This document shows, piece by piece, positions 1 to 9,208 of a DNA stretch of 64,000 nt (within the stretch, counting starts at the first letter, position 1; every line of letters starts with the position of its first letter). The DNA lies in sequence record MT446416.1; one strand, 5' to 3'. The notes beneath the pieces were generated by a model. That model was not told the DNA's origin. It did no database searches and saw nothing but the letters and a program-made list of their open reading frames with translations. The translations under genes were made by a program, and so were the position numbers.

Positions 1-155
1 TGCTTATTTGTACCTAAAAGTATATACATCCATAATTCACTGTAATGTACATCTTGTGTATAAGGGTTGTTGTAACTTTTTGATACTATAACATCAAATT
101 CAGATGCATGAACCCTTGTGAACTTAAGAATATCTTTTTGTGTTATGATTCTCAT
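1..155 (-). CDS. Array A member, partial (runs off window)
   Basis: Hand translation: MRIITQKDILKF...LWMYILLGTNK. Confidence 0.85.
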   Translation of the reverse strand, partial: MRIITQKDILKFTRVHASEFDVIVSKSYNNPYTQDVHYSELWMYILLGTNK

Positions 156-367
156 ATCTTTTCCTGTATAAGCTTCTTAAGAATCTCAATATGTGAATTA
201 ACAGTTCTTTATTGATGTTGTGTTCCTAAGAGTGTCAGTACTATCATCTCTGAACGCAAAAGATTTTTTTCAAGTTCACTGATATCAGTTCTTGTATCAA
301 GTACTAAAAATTCTTGACTATTTTTTCTGAATAATGCCAAGTACTCTTGGTTTGATATTACCTTCAT
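152..367 (-). pseudogene. Array A member with an in-frame TAA
   Basis: MKVISNQEY...LLGTQHQ*RTVNSHIEILKKLIQEKI. TAA at 209-211 replaces the conserved Glu, and ATGA coupling is kept at both ends. Confidence 0.8.
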
Positions 368-594
368 AGTTTATCCCTGATGCCATTTAAAAGTGCTCTA
401 ATATGCTCATTGACAAAACGCTCTTGGGAATCTGTGTCTAGGGTGAGAAGCATTCTTAAATCTGAACTTTTGATATGATATTCTAAATCATTATTTGATT
501 CTTGCATCAGTTTCTGAAAGGATGAGAAGTTTGCTGCCATTAGTTCAATGTATTCTGCTGTTCCTAGGGGTTTGTGTATGTGCTGTCTGTGCAT
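364..594 (-). CDS. Array A member
   Basis: LDTDSQE variant motif. Confidence 0.8.
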   Translation of the reverse strand: MHRQHIHKPLGTAEYIELMAANFSSFQKLMQESNNDLEYHIKSSDLRMLLTLDTDSQERFVNEHIRALLNGIRDKL

Positions 595-806
595 TTTAAT
601 TGTATTACCCTTTTGAGTGTATTAATGTAATTATACACATTGGCTTCTTGATAGTTAGTTCCTAGAGTAGCTTGAACGTAGATTTCATTTAACTTAATAA
701 TTTTATCCGTATCTGGTAGTTTTGATGTGTTAATGGCAAATAACTTCAAAAACAGTCCATTTATGATTGTTCTGTATTCTTCTCCGGTAATGATTCGCAT
801 TTGCAT
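564..806 (-). CDS. Array A member
   Basis: TLGTNYQE. Confidence 0.85.
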   Translation of the reverse strand: MQMRIITGEEYRTIINGLFLKLFAINTSKLPDTDKIIKLNEIYVQATLGTNYQEANVYNYINTLKRVIQLKCTDSTYTNP

Positions 807-1012
807 GTTCTCAGTACTGATTCTTTAAGTTCATTGATGTAGCACTCTACATATTCTTCTTGTAGGTTTGTTCCGATATGTAACAGTACTCTTAAATCTG
901 CTCTCAGTACTTCTTTGTCATCTTCATCTATATCAGACAGTGTTATGTTTAAGAATTTACTTGAACTCTCTATAAGTAATATTACTGAATCACCTTTGCT
1001 TAAAATTTTCAT
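761..1012 (-). CDS. Array A member
   Basis: IGTNLQE. Confidence 0.85.
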   Translation of the reverse strand: MKILSKGDSVILLIESSSKFLNITLSDIDEDDKEVLRADLRVLLHIGTNLQEEYVECYINELKESVLRTCKCESLPEKNTEQS

Positions 1013-1220
1013 AATCTCTTTTTGCTTTCCTCGCCAAAAGGTACATATACGATTCTTCGTATTGTGCTTGGTAGTTTGTGTTTAAGAGTCGAAACAACTT
1101 CTGTTCTGCTAGAACGAGTTGCTTATCTTCATAACAACGATAGCGTATCAACTTTTTGTATTCGATGTTGATTACATCCATTACTATAAGCCTATGTTCA
1201 TCATCAGTCAAGTGTTTCAT
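990..1220 (-). CDS. Array A member
   Basis: LLNTNYQA. Confidence 0.85.
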   Translation of the reverse strand: MKHLTDDEHRLIVMDVINIEYKKLIRYRCYEDKQLVLAEQKLFRLLNTNYQAQYEESYMYLLARKAKRDYENFKQR

Positions 1221-1458
1221 GCTTTTTTCTTTTCCTGATGTTCTTAGTTAAAAGGTATATTAGTTTTCTATTGTATTCTTCCTGATAGTTTGTTCCTAAT
1301 AGTGCAAGAAGTTTTGCTTCAACTAGAGCTAATTGACGTTCTTCAAATGTGTGTTCCAGTATATACTTTGGGTTTGATTTTTTAGCGTAAGCACTATTAG
1401 TTTTCATTACAATCTTATGATATTCATTAACTGTTAGGATTTTTAAATTCTTGAGCAT
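1204..1458 (-). CDS. Array A member
   Basis: LLGTNYQE. Confidence 0.85.
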   Translation of the reverse strand: MLKNLKILTVNEYHKIVMKTNSAYAKKSNPKYILEHTFEERQLALVEAKLLALLGTNYQEEYNRKLIYLLTKNIRKRKKHETLD

Positions 1459-1684
1459 GTATCTTTTCCTTTATAGAGAATTTAAGATATCGAAGCATAC
1501 TTTCAATGTAATACTCTTGTCTGTCAGTTCCAAGAAAGTACATGAGTTGAATGTATAAAACTTCTGCACTCCTTTCGGCATGTGACTTGTTTGTGTCGTT
1601 TGGAAGTTGATTTGTAAGTTTTCTGGATTTAATTAATCGTTCTTTTAACTCATCGTCTGTTAAGTATATCATTTCACTTTTCAT
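1427..1684 (-). CDS. Array A member
   Basis: FLGTDRQE; close paralog of 1894..2130. Confidence 0.85.
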   Translation of the reverse strand: MKSEMIYLTDDELKERLIKSRKLTNQLPNDTNKSHAERSAEVLYIQLMYFLGTDRQEYYIESMLRYLKFSIKEKIHAQEFKNPNS

Positions 1685-1904
1685 TTACTTTTTCCTTAAT
1701 ACTCATTACAAGATGTTCAATCATATTTTGAACCATAAATTCTTGTTTATCAGTTCCAAGAACGTATGGTAGCTTCTGAAACAATACATTCGCAGACATT
1801 TCATATATTGATTGATTTGGAACGAACTTAAGAGTAATGTTATTGGCTTTTAACATCTTCTCTTGAAATTCTTCATTCGTTAAGTATATCATTTCATTTT
1901 GCAT
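1674..1904 (-). CDS. Array A member
   Basis: VLGTDKQE. Confidence 0.85.
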   Translation of the reverse strand: MQNEMIYLTNEEFQEKMLKANNITLKFVPNQSIYEMSANVLFQKLPYVLGTDKQEFMVQNMIEHLVMSIKEKVNEK

Positions 1905-2130
1905 TTACTTTTTCCTTAATAGTAATTTTGAGATATTTAATTATACGTTCAATGTGATACTCTTGTCTATCAGTTCCCAGAAGATATGGTAGTGATTGGA
2001 ATAAAACTTCTGCACTCCTTTCTGCTGGGGTTTGGTTTGTGTTGTGAGGAAGTTTATTTGTAAGTCTTTTGGATTTAGATAGTCTTTCTGATAACTCATC
2101 ATGTGTTAAGTATATCATTTCCTTTTGCAT
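1894..2130 (-). CDS. Array A member
   Basis: LLGTDRQE. Confidence 0.85.
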   Translation of the reverse strand: MQKEMIYLTHDELSERLSKSKRLTNKLPHNTNQTPAERSAEVLFQSLPYLLGTDRQEYHIERIIKYLKITIKEKVNAK

Positions 2131-2358
2131 TTACATTCTCTCATGTGCATTTTGGGTTAAAAGATCAATCCAGATTTCCACATATCGTTGTTGGTGTTGC
2201 GTCCCTAACAGTACACCTAACTTGGCTTCGGACTCTAATATCATTCTGGTTTTGAACGGTAGACTTTGAAATCCTATTGTAGCATCTAATTTGGTAATTG
2301 CATATTTGATTCGGATGAATCTTTCTTGTAATGTGATGTTGATCATTTCACAGTACAC
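2131..2358 (-). CDS. Array A member
   Basis: LLGTQHQQ. Confidence 0.85.
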   Translation of the reverse strand: MYCEMINITLQERFIRIKYAITKLDATIGFQSLPFKTRMILESEAKLGVLLGTQHQQRYVEIWIDLLTQNAHERM

Positions 2359-2600
2359 CTTAGTGGTTGGGTCATTTGATAAAAGTACAGCTTACCTTTG
2401 ATTTCCATTAGTAATTCATTTAATACGCGTTGGACCTCTGGTTCTTGATAGTTTGTCCCTAACAATGCACCCATCTTTAGCTCACGATACATAATCATCT
2501 TCTTACGGTGTTGAATTTCTGGGTTGTGATAGATTTCATTTCGTTTAGTTGAGATTTTAGCCATGCGTTCATGATATTCATCTGAATTTAAATTAATCAT
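2343..2600 (-). CDS. Array A member
   Basis: LLGTNYQE; start moved to MINLNS by comparison with paralogs. Confidence 0.8.
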   Translation of the reverse strand: MINLNSDEYHERMAKISTKRNEIYHNPEIQHRKKMIMYRELKMGALLGTNYQEPEVQRVLNELLMEIKGKLYFYQMTQPLRCTVK

Positions 2601-2838
2601 TTTTATTCTCCAAAGCATCACATTTATTTTCGATACAATTCATGAGTTCTCTAAGATAGTTTTTTACCTTACCTGACTGATAGTTCGTCCCTAGGAAGTT
2701 GCACAACACGGCTTCTATGATTTTGATTTTCCTGATATCAGGCTTCAATTTTTTGTTATTGAAGATTTGAATCCTTATATCTCTGGATGCATTTAAACGT
2801 TTTTGATATTCATGGTAAGTTAAATTAATCATTTTCAT
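2593..2838 (-). CDS. Array A member
   Basis: FLGTNYQS. Confidence 0.85.
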   Translation of the reverse strand: MKMINLTYHEYQKRLNASRDIRIQIFNNKKLKPDIRKIKIIEAVLCNFLGTNYQSGKVKNYLRELMNCIENKCDALENKND

Positions 2839-3053
2839 TTACGTTTAACCTCTCGCTGGAGGGCATCAATTAACATCAGTACAGCATTCTCTTGATAGTT
2901 TGTTCCTAAGAATGAAAGCATCTTTATATCAGACACTAAAATCAACTTCTTTGAGCGTTCAATAATGTTACTATTATAAACGGCGTTACGTGCTGGATAA
3001 GTTTTTGCAAGACGAACATAATATTCATCTTTACTTAAATTAATCATTTGCAT
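2835..3053 (-). CDS. Array A member
   Basis: FLGTNYQE. Confidence 0.85.
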   Translation of the reverse strand: MQMINLSKDEYYVRLAKTYPARNAVYNSNIIERSKKLILVSDIKMLSFLGTNYQENAVLMLIDALQREVKRK

Positions 3054-3262
3054 TTACTTTTAACCTCTTTAATTAGTGCATCAACCCATAGGTCTACATA
3101 CATTTGTTGATAGTTTGTCCCCAATAGTGCACCTACATAGAGTTCAGCTTTCATTGCGTGCTTTAGGTCAATAGGGATGCTCTTATCGTTTGATATCATT
3201 CTCCTTCTGCTGCCACATGTTTTCAGAAGCTTAACATATTCGTAACCTATTAATTTTCTCAT
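3044..3262 (-). CDS. Array A member
   Basis: LLGTNYQQ. Confidence 0.85.
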   Translation of the reverse strand: MRKLIGYEYVKLLKTCGSRRRMISNDKSIPIDLKHAMKAELYVGALLGTNYQQMYVDLWVDALIKEVKSKCK

Positions 3263-3474
3263 TCTTTTGATATCACCTTGTTGCGTAAGGCACTTAACAA
3301 TACGTCAGTGTAGATGTTTTGATAGTTTGTTCCTACGAATACACCCAACTTCATTTCAGCTATTATAACACATTTGTCCTCTTGTGCAATAGACTTGTCT
3401 AAAGAAATACTAACAACTTTCCTTCTTATAGCTTGTAACCTCCAATGATACTGATACTCATTTAGGGTTATCAT
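3259..3474 (-). CDS. Array A member
   Basis: FVGTNYQN. Confidence 0.85.
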   Translation of the reverse strand: MITLNEYQYHWRLQAIRRKVVSISLDKSIAQEDKCVIIAEMKLGVFVGTNYQNIYTDVLLSALRNKVISKE

Positions 3475-3709
3475 TCTCTCGTCTCCATATCTCGGTTCTA
3501 ATGTGTTGGCATTGTGCTTCGATGAACATATCTATTGATTTGGCAATTGCTTTTTTATCAGTGCCTGTCATCAGTACAAGCATCTCGGCCTCACAGTGAA
3601 GTAAACGCATGATATCATAGGGTAATATTTCAGATACCGTGTCATAGTGTTTCTGTGCCAGTGTCTGCAATAGTTTACAATACATTTTGTGGTTCATTCT
3701 TTGTCGCAT
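3458..3709 (-). CDS. Array A member (diverged)
   Basis: MTGTDKK variant. Confidence 0.7.
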   Translation of the reverse strand: MRQRMNHKMYCKLLQTLAQKHYDTVSEILPYDIMRLLHCEAEMLVLMTGTDKKAIAKSIDMFIEAQCQHIRTEIWRRENDNPK

Positions 3710-3945
3710 TGTTTATTCCATTCTTTTTTGGCCTTGGTGGTTTTATATTGGATTTGGTTTCTTAATGCTGATAAGTATCGTTGAATGAACAGATCTTGAT
3801 AGTTTGTCCCAATGAATTTCATAAGATAAACATCACCGTTGATAACATCCACTTCAGGTACACCATGTAATGCATTGTTATTTCTAAGGGTTCTAATAAG
3901 AGAGAACAGGGCAGTTTGATACTCAACTCCTGATAAAATCTTCAT
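3694..3945 (-). CDS. Array A member
   Basis: FIGTNYQD; likely start MKILSG. Confidence 0.8.
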   Translation of the reverse strand: MKILSGVEYQTALFSLIRTLRNNNALHGVPEVDVINGDVYLMKFIGTNYQDLFIQRYLSALRNQIQYKTTKAKKEWNKQCDKE

Positions 3946-4180
3946 ATTTTGCGTGGATGTATTCATCTAGTTTATCCTGTATAACATTCGTTAATTGATC
4001 GATATATTCTGTGCAAAACTTATCTTGATATTGAGTCCCCATAAAGTACAGCAACCATAGCTCATCAACTTTAGCTCGCATTTGGTTCCATGTAAGGGTG
4101 GGGTCATCGTAGACTATCCTTGCGACTGGGGTTAGTTTACGAACTATAGTTTCATATTCATCTTGTGTTAAGCGTCTCAT
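3923..4180 (-). CDS. Array A member
   Basis: FMGTQYQD. Confidence 0.85.
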   Translation of the reverse strand: MRRLTQDEYETIVRKLTPVARIVYDDPTLTWNQMRAKVDELWLLYFMGTQYQDKFCTEYIDQLTNVIQDKLDEYIHAKYEDFIRS

Positions 4181-4401
4181 TTACCTAAATCCCTGACATG
4201 ACATTTTAAGGCCGTGATGTGGTTGTCTACCATAACCTCCTGATAGTTTGTCCCTACAAATGGTATTAATGTTGAGTCTGTTAGTATAACATACTTTTCA
4301 TTGGATGTTAGTGATTCATCATCGTAAACTTGAAGTCTAAAGTTCTTCCCTTGTTCTAATCGTTTAAGATATTCTTGAGTGTTTATGTCTTTCATTTGCA
4401 T
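4177..4401 (-). CDS. Array A member
   Basis: FVGTNYQE. Confidence 0.85.
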   Translation of the reverse strand: MQMKDINTQEYLKRLEQGKNFRLQVYDDESLTSNEKYVILTDSTLIPFVGTNYQEVMVDNHITALKCHVRDLGK

Positions 4402-4610
4402 TTGTCCATAATGTATTTCTTGAGTGCAACTATGTGCTCATGGACATAACTTTCCTGATAGTTTGTCCCCAGTACAGCCATCATGCGTACATCGGTGGTG
4501 TTTATCTTGTGTTCAAATCGTGTTAAGCCTTTTTTTTGTAAAAGGGTATCGTATTTGTTTAATGCATCAATGATAATTCTCATCTTCTCTATATTACTTA
4601 AATGTTTCAT
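4392..4610 (-). CDS. Array A member
   Basis: VLGTNYQE. Confidence 0.85.
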   Translation of the reverse strand: MKHLSNIEKMRIIIDALNKYDTLLQKKGLTRFEHKINTTDVRMMAVLGTNYQESYVHEHIVALKKYIMDKCK

Positions 4611-4822
4611 ATTTTGTTTCTATGGTGCTCCATGAGTGTTTCTGTGTAGTTCTTCATGAATTTATCTTGAAACTGTGTCCCGATGAATTGTAAGACCCAT
4701 AGTGCATATATTCGTTCTTCCTTGTCCACCAAAGATAAATGTATATTATTATAAATCCTTTGTTCTTTATCTAGGGTAGACAGTACACGAGCCTCGTATT
4801 CACCTTGTGTTATTTTAATCAT
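4607..4822 (-). CDS. Array A member
   Basis: FIGTQFQD. Confidence 0.85.
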   Translation of the reverse strand: MIKITQGEYEARVLSTLDKEQRIYNNIHLSLVDKEERIYALWVLQFIGTQFQDKFMKNYTETLMEHHRNKI

Positions 4823-5034
4823 AGTTTGCTCTTAATGTATTTCTTGAGTGCATTTATATACACATTCAAGAAATGCTCCTGATAGTCTGTTCCCAAGAAT
4901 GCACCCAATAGTATATCATTTTCCAATACCTCGGCTAAGTTTAAATCAGAAGTCTCTTCATATACTATGAGGATTTCAAGTTGTCTGGCAGCAACGCGTT
5001 CGGTATATTGATGTGAGTTTGTAATGATATTCAT
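4819..5034 (-). CDS. Array A member
   Basis: FLGTDYQE, ends KSKL. Confidence 0.85.
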   Translation of the reverse strand: MNIITNSHQYTERVAARQLEILIVYEETSDLNLAEVLENDILLGAFLGTDYQEHFLNVYINALKKYIKSKL

Positions 5035-5242
5035 AGTTTACTCTTAATGTGGTTCTTGAGTGCAAATAAGTATTCCCCTACATAATACTCCTGAAAGTCT
5101 GTATCCAAAAATGCACCCATGAGTAAATCCTTCTCCATTGCCCTTGATAAGTTAAGGTCTACGCTTGAAAGGTATATCAGTAAGATTTCAGCCTGTGCCG
5201 AATTGAAACGTATCTTATATTCTTCTGGTGTTAAAAAATCAT
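5031..5242 (-). pseudogene. Array A member frameshifted in a homopolymer
   Basis: Reads ATG ATT TTT TAA. One more T in the run at 5233-5238 gives MIFLTPEEY...FLDTDFQE...KSKL, a close paralog of 4819..5034. Confidence 0.8.
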
Positions 5243-5445
5243 AGTTTACTCTTTATATCTTTTATTAAATGTAAAATCCAATCATTAACAAAACTTTCTT
5301 GGAAGTTGGTTCCCAGTCCAGCCATCATCCACCACTCCGATAGAATAAACTTTTTTTCATCCCTAGATAACTCATCTGGTATATATATATTCTTTCTATA
5401 TTCGATCATAAGATTATATAGTTGAAATTGTGTGATAATTTTCAT
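5239..5445 (-). CDS. Array A member
   Basis: GLGTNFQE, ends KSKL. Confidence 0.85.
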   Translation of the reverse strand: MKIITQFQLYNLMIEYRKNIYIPDELSRDEKKFILSEWWMMAGLGTNFQESFVNDWILHLIKDIKSKL

Positions 5446-5639
5446 AGTTTACCCGTTATATCTTCAATTAAATATGAAATCCAATCCTTGACATACCTTT
5501 CCTGAAAGTTAGTTCCAATGAATAGTGCCATAACCAATTCACGCTTATAGGCCATACCACGTTCATGTGACTTATACATTATCATAGCCATGTTATTGAT
5601 AAGTCTTTCGTGATGTTCTGCTTGAGTTAAAATACGCAT
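5442..5639 (-). CDS. Array A member (first in operon)
   Basis: FIGTNFQE; GGAG RBS. Confidence 0.85.
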   Translation of the reverse strand: MRILTQAEHHERLINNMAMIMYKSHERGMAYKRELVMALFIGTNFQERYVKDWISYLIEDITGKL

Positions 5640-5665
5640 AGGGACTCCATTAAAAATAATATCAA

Positions 5666-5698
5666 TCCTATAATATACGATTCGTATAAAAAGTCAAT
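5666..5698 (-). promoter_or_regulatory. sigma70-like promoter for array A, with a 15-bp palindrome in the spacer
   Basis: TTGACT-16-TATTAT on the - strand; TATACGA-T-TCGTATA at 5674-5688. Confidence 0.7.
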
Positions 5699-5888
5699 AA
5701 CATTTTATTAGTAATACCCCTTTATCGAAGTCGCTAAGGTTACCCGCAGTTTAGCCCCCTACGCATTTTGCCATAGTCCAATCCCTTTTTATTCATAAAA
5801 GTCAAGGGATTACCTATGCATTTTTTTAACGCTGAAGTTTAAAAATGCCTTGACTTTTTTATGATTCAGTACTAAATCCTTTTACGCA

Positions 5889-6098
5889 TTAATCCTTCGT
5901 TACGCTTACGATTATCTGTGTATCCCCATAGTCCTGCCATACTTCCACGCCAGCCGCCGACCTGGTTAGTCGTGCTGTCATCTGCTTAATGGTCTTAGGC
6001 TTTAGTGGAACCTGTTGCAGTACTGTACGCATGGCACTATCGACGTTATCATGTACGCCTGCAATAGTACCTAGAACGCTGTATACTGTATAGATCAT
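5889..6098 (-). CDS. Hypothetical early protein
   Basis: ORF with a GGAG RBS. Confidence 0.7.
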   Translation of the reverse strand: MIYTVYSVLGTIAGVHDNVDSAMRTVLQQVPLKPKTIKQMTARLTRSAAGVEVWQDYGDTQIIVSVTKD

Positions 6099-6166
6099 GT
6101 GTATGTACTCCTGATATAGTTAAGGCCGCTACAAGGCGGCCTATGATGTTTGATGATGTGTAACGC

Positions 6167-6568
6167 TTACAACCCTAAGATAGTACGTGCTTCGTTACGT
6201 TCCTTAGTTTGCTGCATGATGTAAGCTAACTGGTCCTTGCTAATGTATCCCTTGTCCATAGCTTCACGGATAGATACATCATAAGCACCGAACCCCGTGC
6301 GAACGATACGCACATCATTCAGGTTAGTGTTATATATACCGCCGAGATCAACGGATTCGAATACTGCATCAACTGTATATTCGTTGTTACCGTCATTGAA
6401 GTTTTCAATCTCAATATTACGGGACACGGCCCAACGTTTACAGCTACCGATAATGCGGCAATATTCCGGTTGCATATGACCATTACTTACAGCGTGCTCA
6501 AGGCCAGCTTTACCAAAAGTCCGGGCCAGTACTAAAACGTCAGCGTAAGAAGTGATAGTGAAAGTCAT
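6167..6568 (-). CDS. Hypothetical early protein
   Basis: Start corrected to MTFTITSY (AGGAG RBS); the track extension is promoter/leader sequence. Confidence 0.75.
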   Translation of the reverse strand: MTFTITSYADVLVLARTFGKAGLEHAVSNGHMQPEYCRIIGSCKRWAVSRNIEIENFNDGNNEYTVDAVFESVDLGGIYNTNLNDVRIVRTGFGAYDVSIREAMDKGYISKDQLAYIMQQTKERNEARTILGL

Positions 6569-6657
6569 GATGATACTCCTTAAGTTAGGAGGGAGAACCA
6601 TTTCCCCCTCTCTATGTAAAACATTATACATGAATCTAAGTACTATGCAAGTACTTT

Positions 6658-6990
6658 TTACATTTTAATACCTGGATTCAGGTAGCGGTGAGATCCATAC
6701 TCTGGGTAGGTTTCAGTCCAGTACTGTAAATCTATAGTACCTTTAGCGTTAATCTTGTCTACCAGCTTATTCATCTTAGCGTATACTACATTAGCATCGA
6801 TGCGTTTAAAGCCAGTGGCTTTAGTGAAGTAGTAGTGATTTGCTTCACTATCATTAAGGATATACCGAGCACCGTTTGCCGTTTGTGCAATAATGATTGA
6901 GTATTCTACTTCCCGATCCAGTCCGTCAATGAATACAGATGAAACATTAGTACGGATGAAAGCGTTTACGATAGCGATTGAAGTACTCAT
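6658..6990 (-). CDS. Hypothetical early protein
   Basis: ORF with RBS and its own promoter (~7044-7072). Confidence 0.75.
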   Translation of the reverse strand: MSTSIAIVNAFIRTNVSSVFIDGLDREVEYSIIIAQTANGARYILNDSEANHYYFTKATGFKRIDANVVYAKMNKLVDKINAKGTIDLQYWTETYPEYGSHRYLNPGIKM

Positions 6991-7149
6991 TTTGAATCTC
7001 CTAACTTTGTGGGCCGTCGCACCATTGCCGCCCTACGAGATACATTATTGCAGTACTGCTATACTTTGTCAATAGTTTTTTATTAATAGTTTTAGTACTG
7101 GCAGTACATCCACCAGCAGATAGTTACTCACCGTTATTAACTATATATT

Positions 7150-7240
7150 TTAGATACACCTATGCACCCGGTGGGCTAGTTTTTGTCTATGCGTATATAA
7201 TAGCAAAGGGACTTACCGGAGTCAATCCCTTTTTTATTCT
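7150..7240 (-). ncRNA. Small-RNA-like unit, family 1 (RCCC-AYN-GGGUGC), copy 1
   Basis: TTGACT(7220-25)-17-TATTAT(7197-7202), then GCCCACCGGGTGCATAGGTGTATCTA; no RBS or ORF. Confidence 0.5.
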
Positions 7241-7242
7241 TT

Positions 7243-7500
7243 TTATGAAATATCTTCGATGTAGTCGGCCCATTTCATTTTTTCAGTACTGTCAATGGCT
7301 ACCGGATTATTTGGATCAAACCATTCACCATTACCGCAATACATACCCACGGCTACGGTTTTATAGCCATCCTGTGCCGTATTCCATGACATTGCACGAT
7401 AGATATGGCCTTTAATTGGTGTTAGTACTGGTAACGTTTTATGGTCTTCTACGTAGGCCATAGCTTGAGGATTTACCCGATATTGTGTGAACTGTTCCAT
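7243..7500 (-). CDS. Hypothetical early protein
   Basis: ORF with its own promoter. Confidence 0.75.
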   Translation of the reverse strand: MEQFTQYRVNPQAMAYVEDHKTLPVLTPIKGHIYRAMSWNTAQDGYKTVAVGMYCGNGEWFDPNNPVAIDSTEKMKWADYIEDIS

Positions 7501-7576
7501 TATGTTTCCCCTTGTAGTTAGTAAAGTTATTACATCAGTACTATCAAGCTATGTCAATAGTACTGAAATAAAACTT

Positions 7577-7801
7577 TTAGATTAGATTATTGATACCTTC
7601 GATGGTAGACTCGCTTTCTTCTTTCTCCCATTGTCGGTAGTACTTCCATGTTTCATGATATGTGGCGATTAGTTCATCTTTTTGATCCTGGTTACATGCC
7701 AGTACTGAATCACGGTGAGCGGTGTTATAGATAGAATCGAATGATTTCTTCTCTTCTGCCAGGTTAGCTACTTCCCGCATCAGTTCATCAAAGTTAGCCA
7801 T
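7577..7801 (-). CDS. Hypothetical acidic early protein
   Basis: ORF with an AGGAG RBS. Confidence 0.75.
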   Translation of the reverse strand: MANFDELMREVANLAEEKKSFDSIYNTAHRDSVLACNQDQKDELIATYHETWKYYRQWEKEESESTIEGINNLI

Positions 7802-7868
7802 TTTAATACTCCTTTTAGTGGGGGAGGATATCTCCCCCTATGCAAAACATTATACGCTTTATTCAGTA

Positions 7869-8132
7869 CTATGCAAGTACTTTTTTCATATAAACATTAA
7901 ATTCTACACCGCCGTAACCTTCCACGATGATATGTTTTGCGTTATCACGCTTGCACATAGTGAAACCGTTGTTGATATGTTCTGCATTTTCCAGGGCTAC
8001 ATCACCGATAGCGGCACATACAGCACTAATAACAGTATTCCGCAAAGTACTGGTATCATTAGCGGTCATAGTAGTTTGCAGTACTACGTTGTCATATACG
8101 TGTGCATTGATAGTGATTTCAATAGCGTTCAT
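7869..8132 (-). CDS. Hypothetical early protein
   Basis: Start corrected to MNAIEIT (AGGAG RBS). Confidence 0.75.
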   Translation of the reverse strand: MNAIEITINAHVYDNVVLQTTMTANDTSTLRNTVISAVCAAIGDVALENAEHINNGFTMCKRDNAKHIIVEGYGGVEFNVYMKKVLA

Positions 8133-8253
8133 GGTGTATCTCCTGGACTTGAGGGGAAACCATTTCCCCCTCTCGATGTAAAACATTATACGCGAATTGC
8201 GATAGTATGCAAGTACTTTTTTAAAATAGTTTTCAGTACTGAATACTTATATA

Positions 8254-8340
8254 ATAGATACATTTATGCACCCGGTGGGTTAGATTGTTTTCATGCATAT
8301 ATAATAGCAAAGGGACTGACCTGAGTCAATCCATTTTTTT
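8254..8340 (-). ncRNA. Small-RNA-like unit, family 1, copy 2
   Basis: TTGACT...TATTAT promoter, then ACCCACCGGGTGCATAAATGTATCTA; no ORF. Confidence 0.5.
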
Positions 8341-8348
8341 AATCTTTT

Positions 8349-8933
8349 TTATCGTGTTATAGTTACGGCTTTTACATCACGCTTTTTATAGTACTGATTC
8401 CAGATATTGCGGGTTAAACCGTAATCAAGTACTTTAATCAAGCCGTTACGATCCTGGCCGATATTCTGTTTTCTGATATCTCTTATAGTTAGTGTTGATA
8501 AGGTATCATCAACGTGTTGTAGTGCATCAGCAAAGCGGTGCTGGCGTTCAATGGTATTACGTTTAATATTGCACTTTAATTCGTTGCACGCGTTAACGTG
8601 CTTTACGCTGCCTTTGCTTGCAGTACTCAAACGATCCATAACAATAAACATATTATCAGGATCGCTTAAATGCATATGCACCTTAGCAAAGTACTGTTTC
8701 ATTTGAGGGCGGTCATAATCTAAAAAATTCCATACCTTACATTCAGTTTCATTTTGTTCTACACCCGCATCACAATTCGCGACCTTGATCACTAACCGAT
8801 CATTTAAAGCGAATACTATACGGGAAGAACCCGCACCGATGATCTCAAGACCAGCTAACCGACAAGCTGAAAGGATCTCTTTGTTGGTTTCCATTTCTGA
8901 CAGTGTACGGATAAATTTAGTATAATTACGCAT
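8349..8933 (-). CDS. Protein kinase-like (ePK/APH fold) protein
   Basis: IGAGSSRIV glycine loop, VIK lysine, NETE helix-C Glu, DIRKQN catalytic loop and LDYG; start MRNYTK. Confidence 0.75.
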   Translation of the reverse strand: MRNYTKFIRTLSEMETNKEILSACRLAGLEIIGAGSSRIVFALNDRLVIKVANCDAGVEQNETECKVWNFLDYDRPQMKQYFAKVHMHLSDPDNMFIVMDRLSTASKGSVKHVNACNELKCNIKRNTIERQHRFADALQHVDDTLSTLTIRDIRKQNIGQDRNGLIKVLDYGLTRNIWNQYYKKRDVKAVTITR

Positions 8934-8980
8934 TGCATTTACTCCTTGAATTGATGAAACTATATTACAGTACTTTACTA

Positions 8981-9208
8981 TCAATGGCAACTACTTTTTT
9001 TAACATTAACGGCGTGGATCACTTCCTTAGTGTTTTTAGTACTGAATACTTTTGCCGCTCCTTGTTCGACCGTGATGCGATAGCGACCATTAACATCAAC
9101 CATATTAATAAAGTCCGGCGTGCTGAATGGTGTTGTTTTACATTTCAGTACGGTTAACAGTTCCACCAGCGATGTAGTTTATTTGATACGTTTTTCTAAA
9201 GTAATCAT
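8981..9208 (-). pseudogene. Early gene interrupted by an in-frame TAA at codon 10
   Basis: ATG at 9208 with a GGGG RBS reads MITLEKRIK*TTSLVELL..., TAA at 9179-9181, in frame with track ORF 8981..9166. Confidence 0.55.

Larger units (their letters stand above)
1..5639 (-). repeat. Tandem paralog array A: at least 26 ~65-90 aa genes with a (F/L)LGT(N/D)(Y/F)QE motif
   Basis: The motif recurs about every 210-240 bp on the - strand. Many start and stop codons overlap (ATGA). The array runs off the left edge. Confidence 0.95.
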
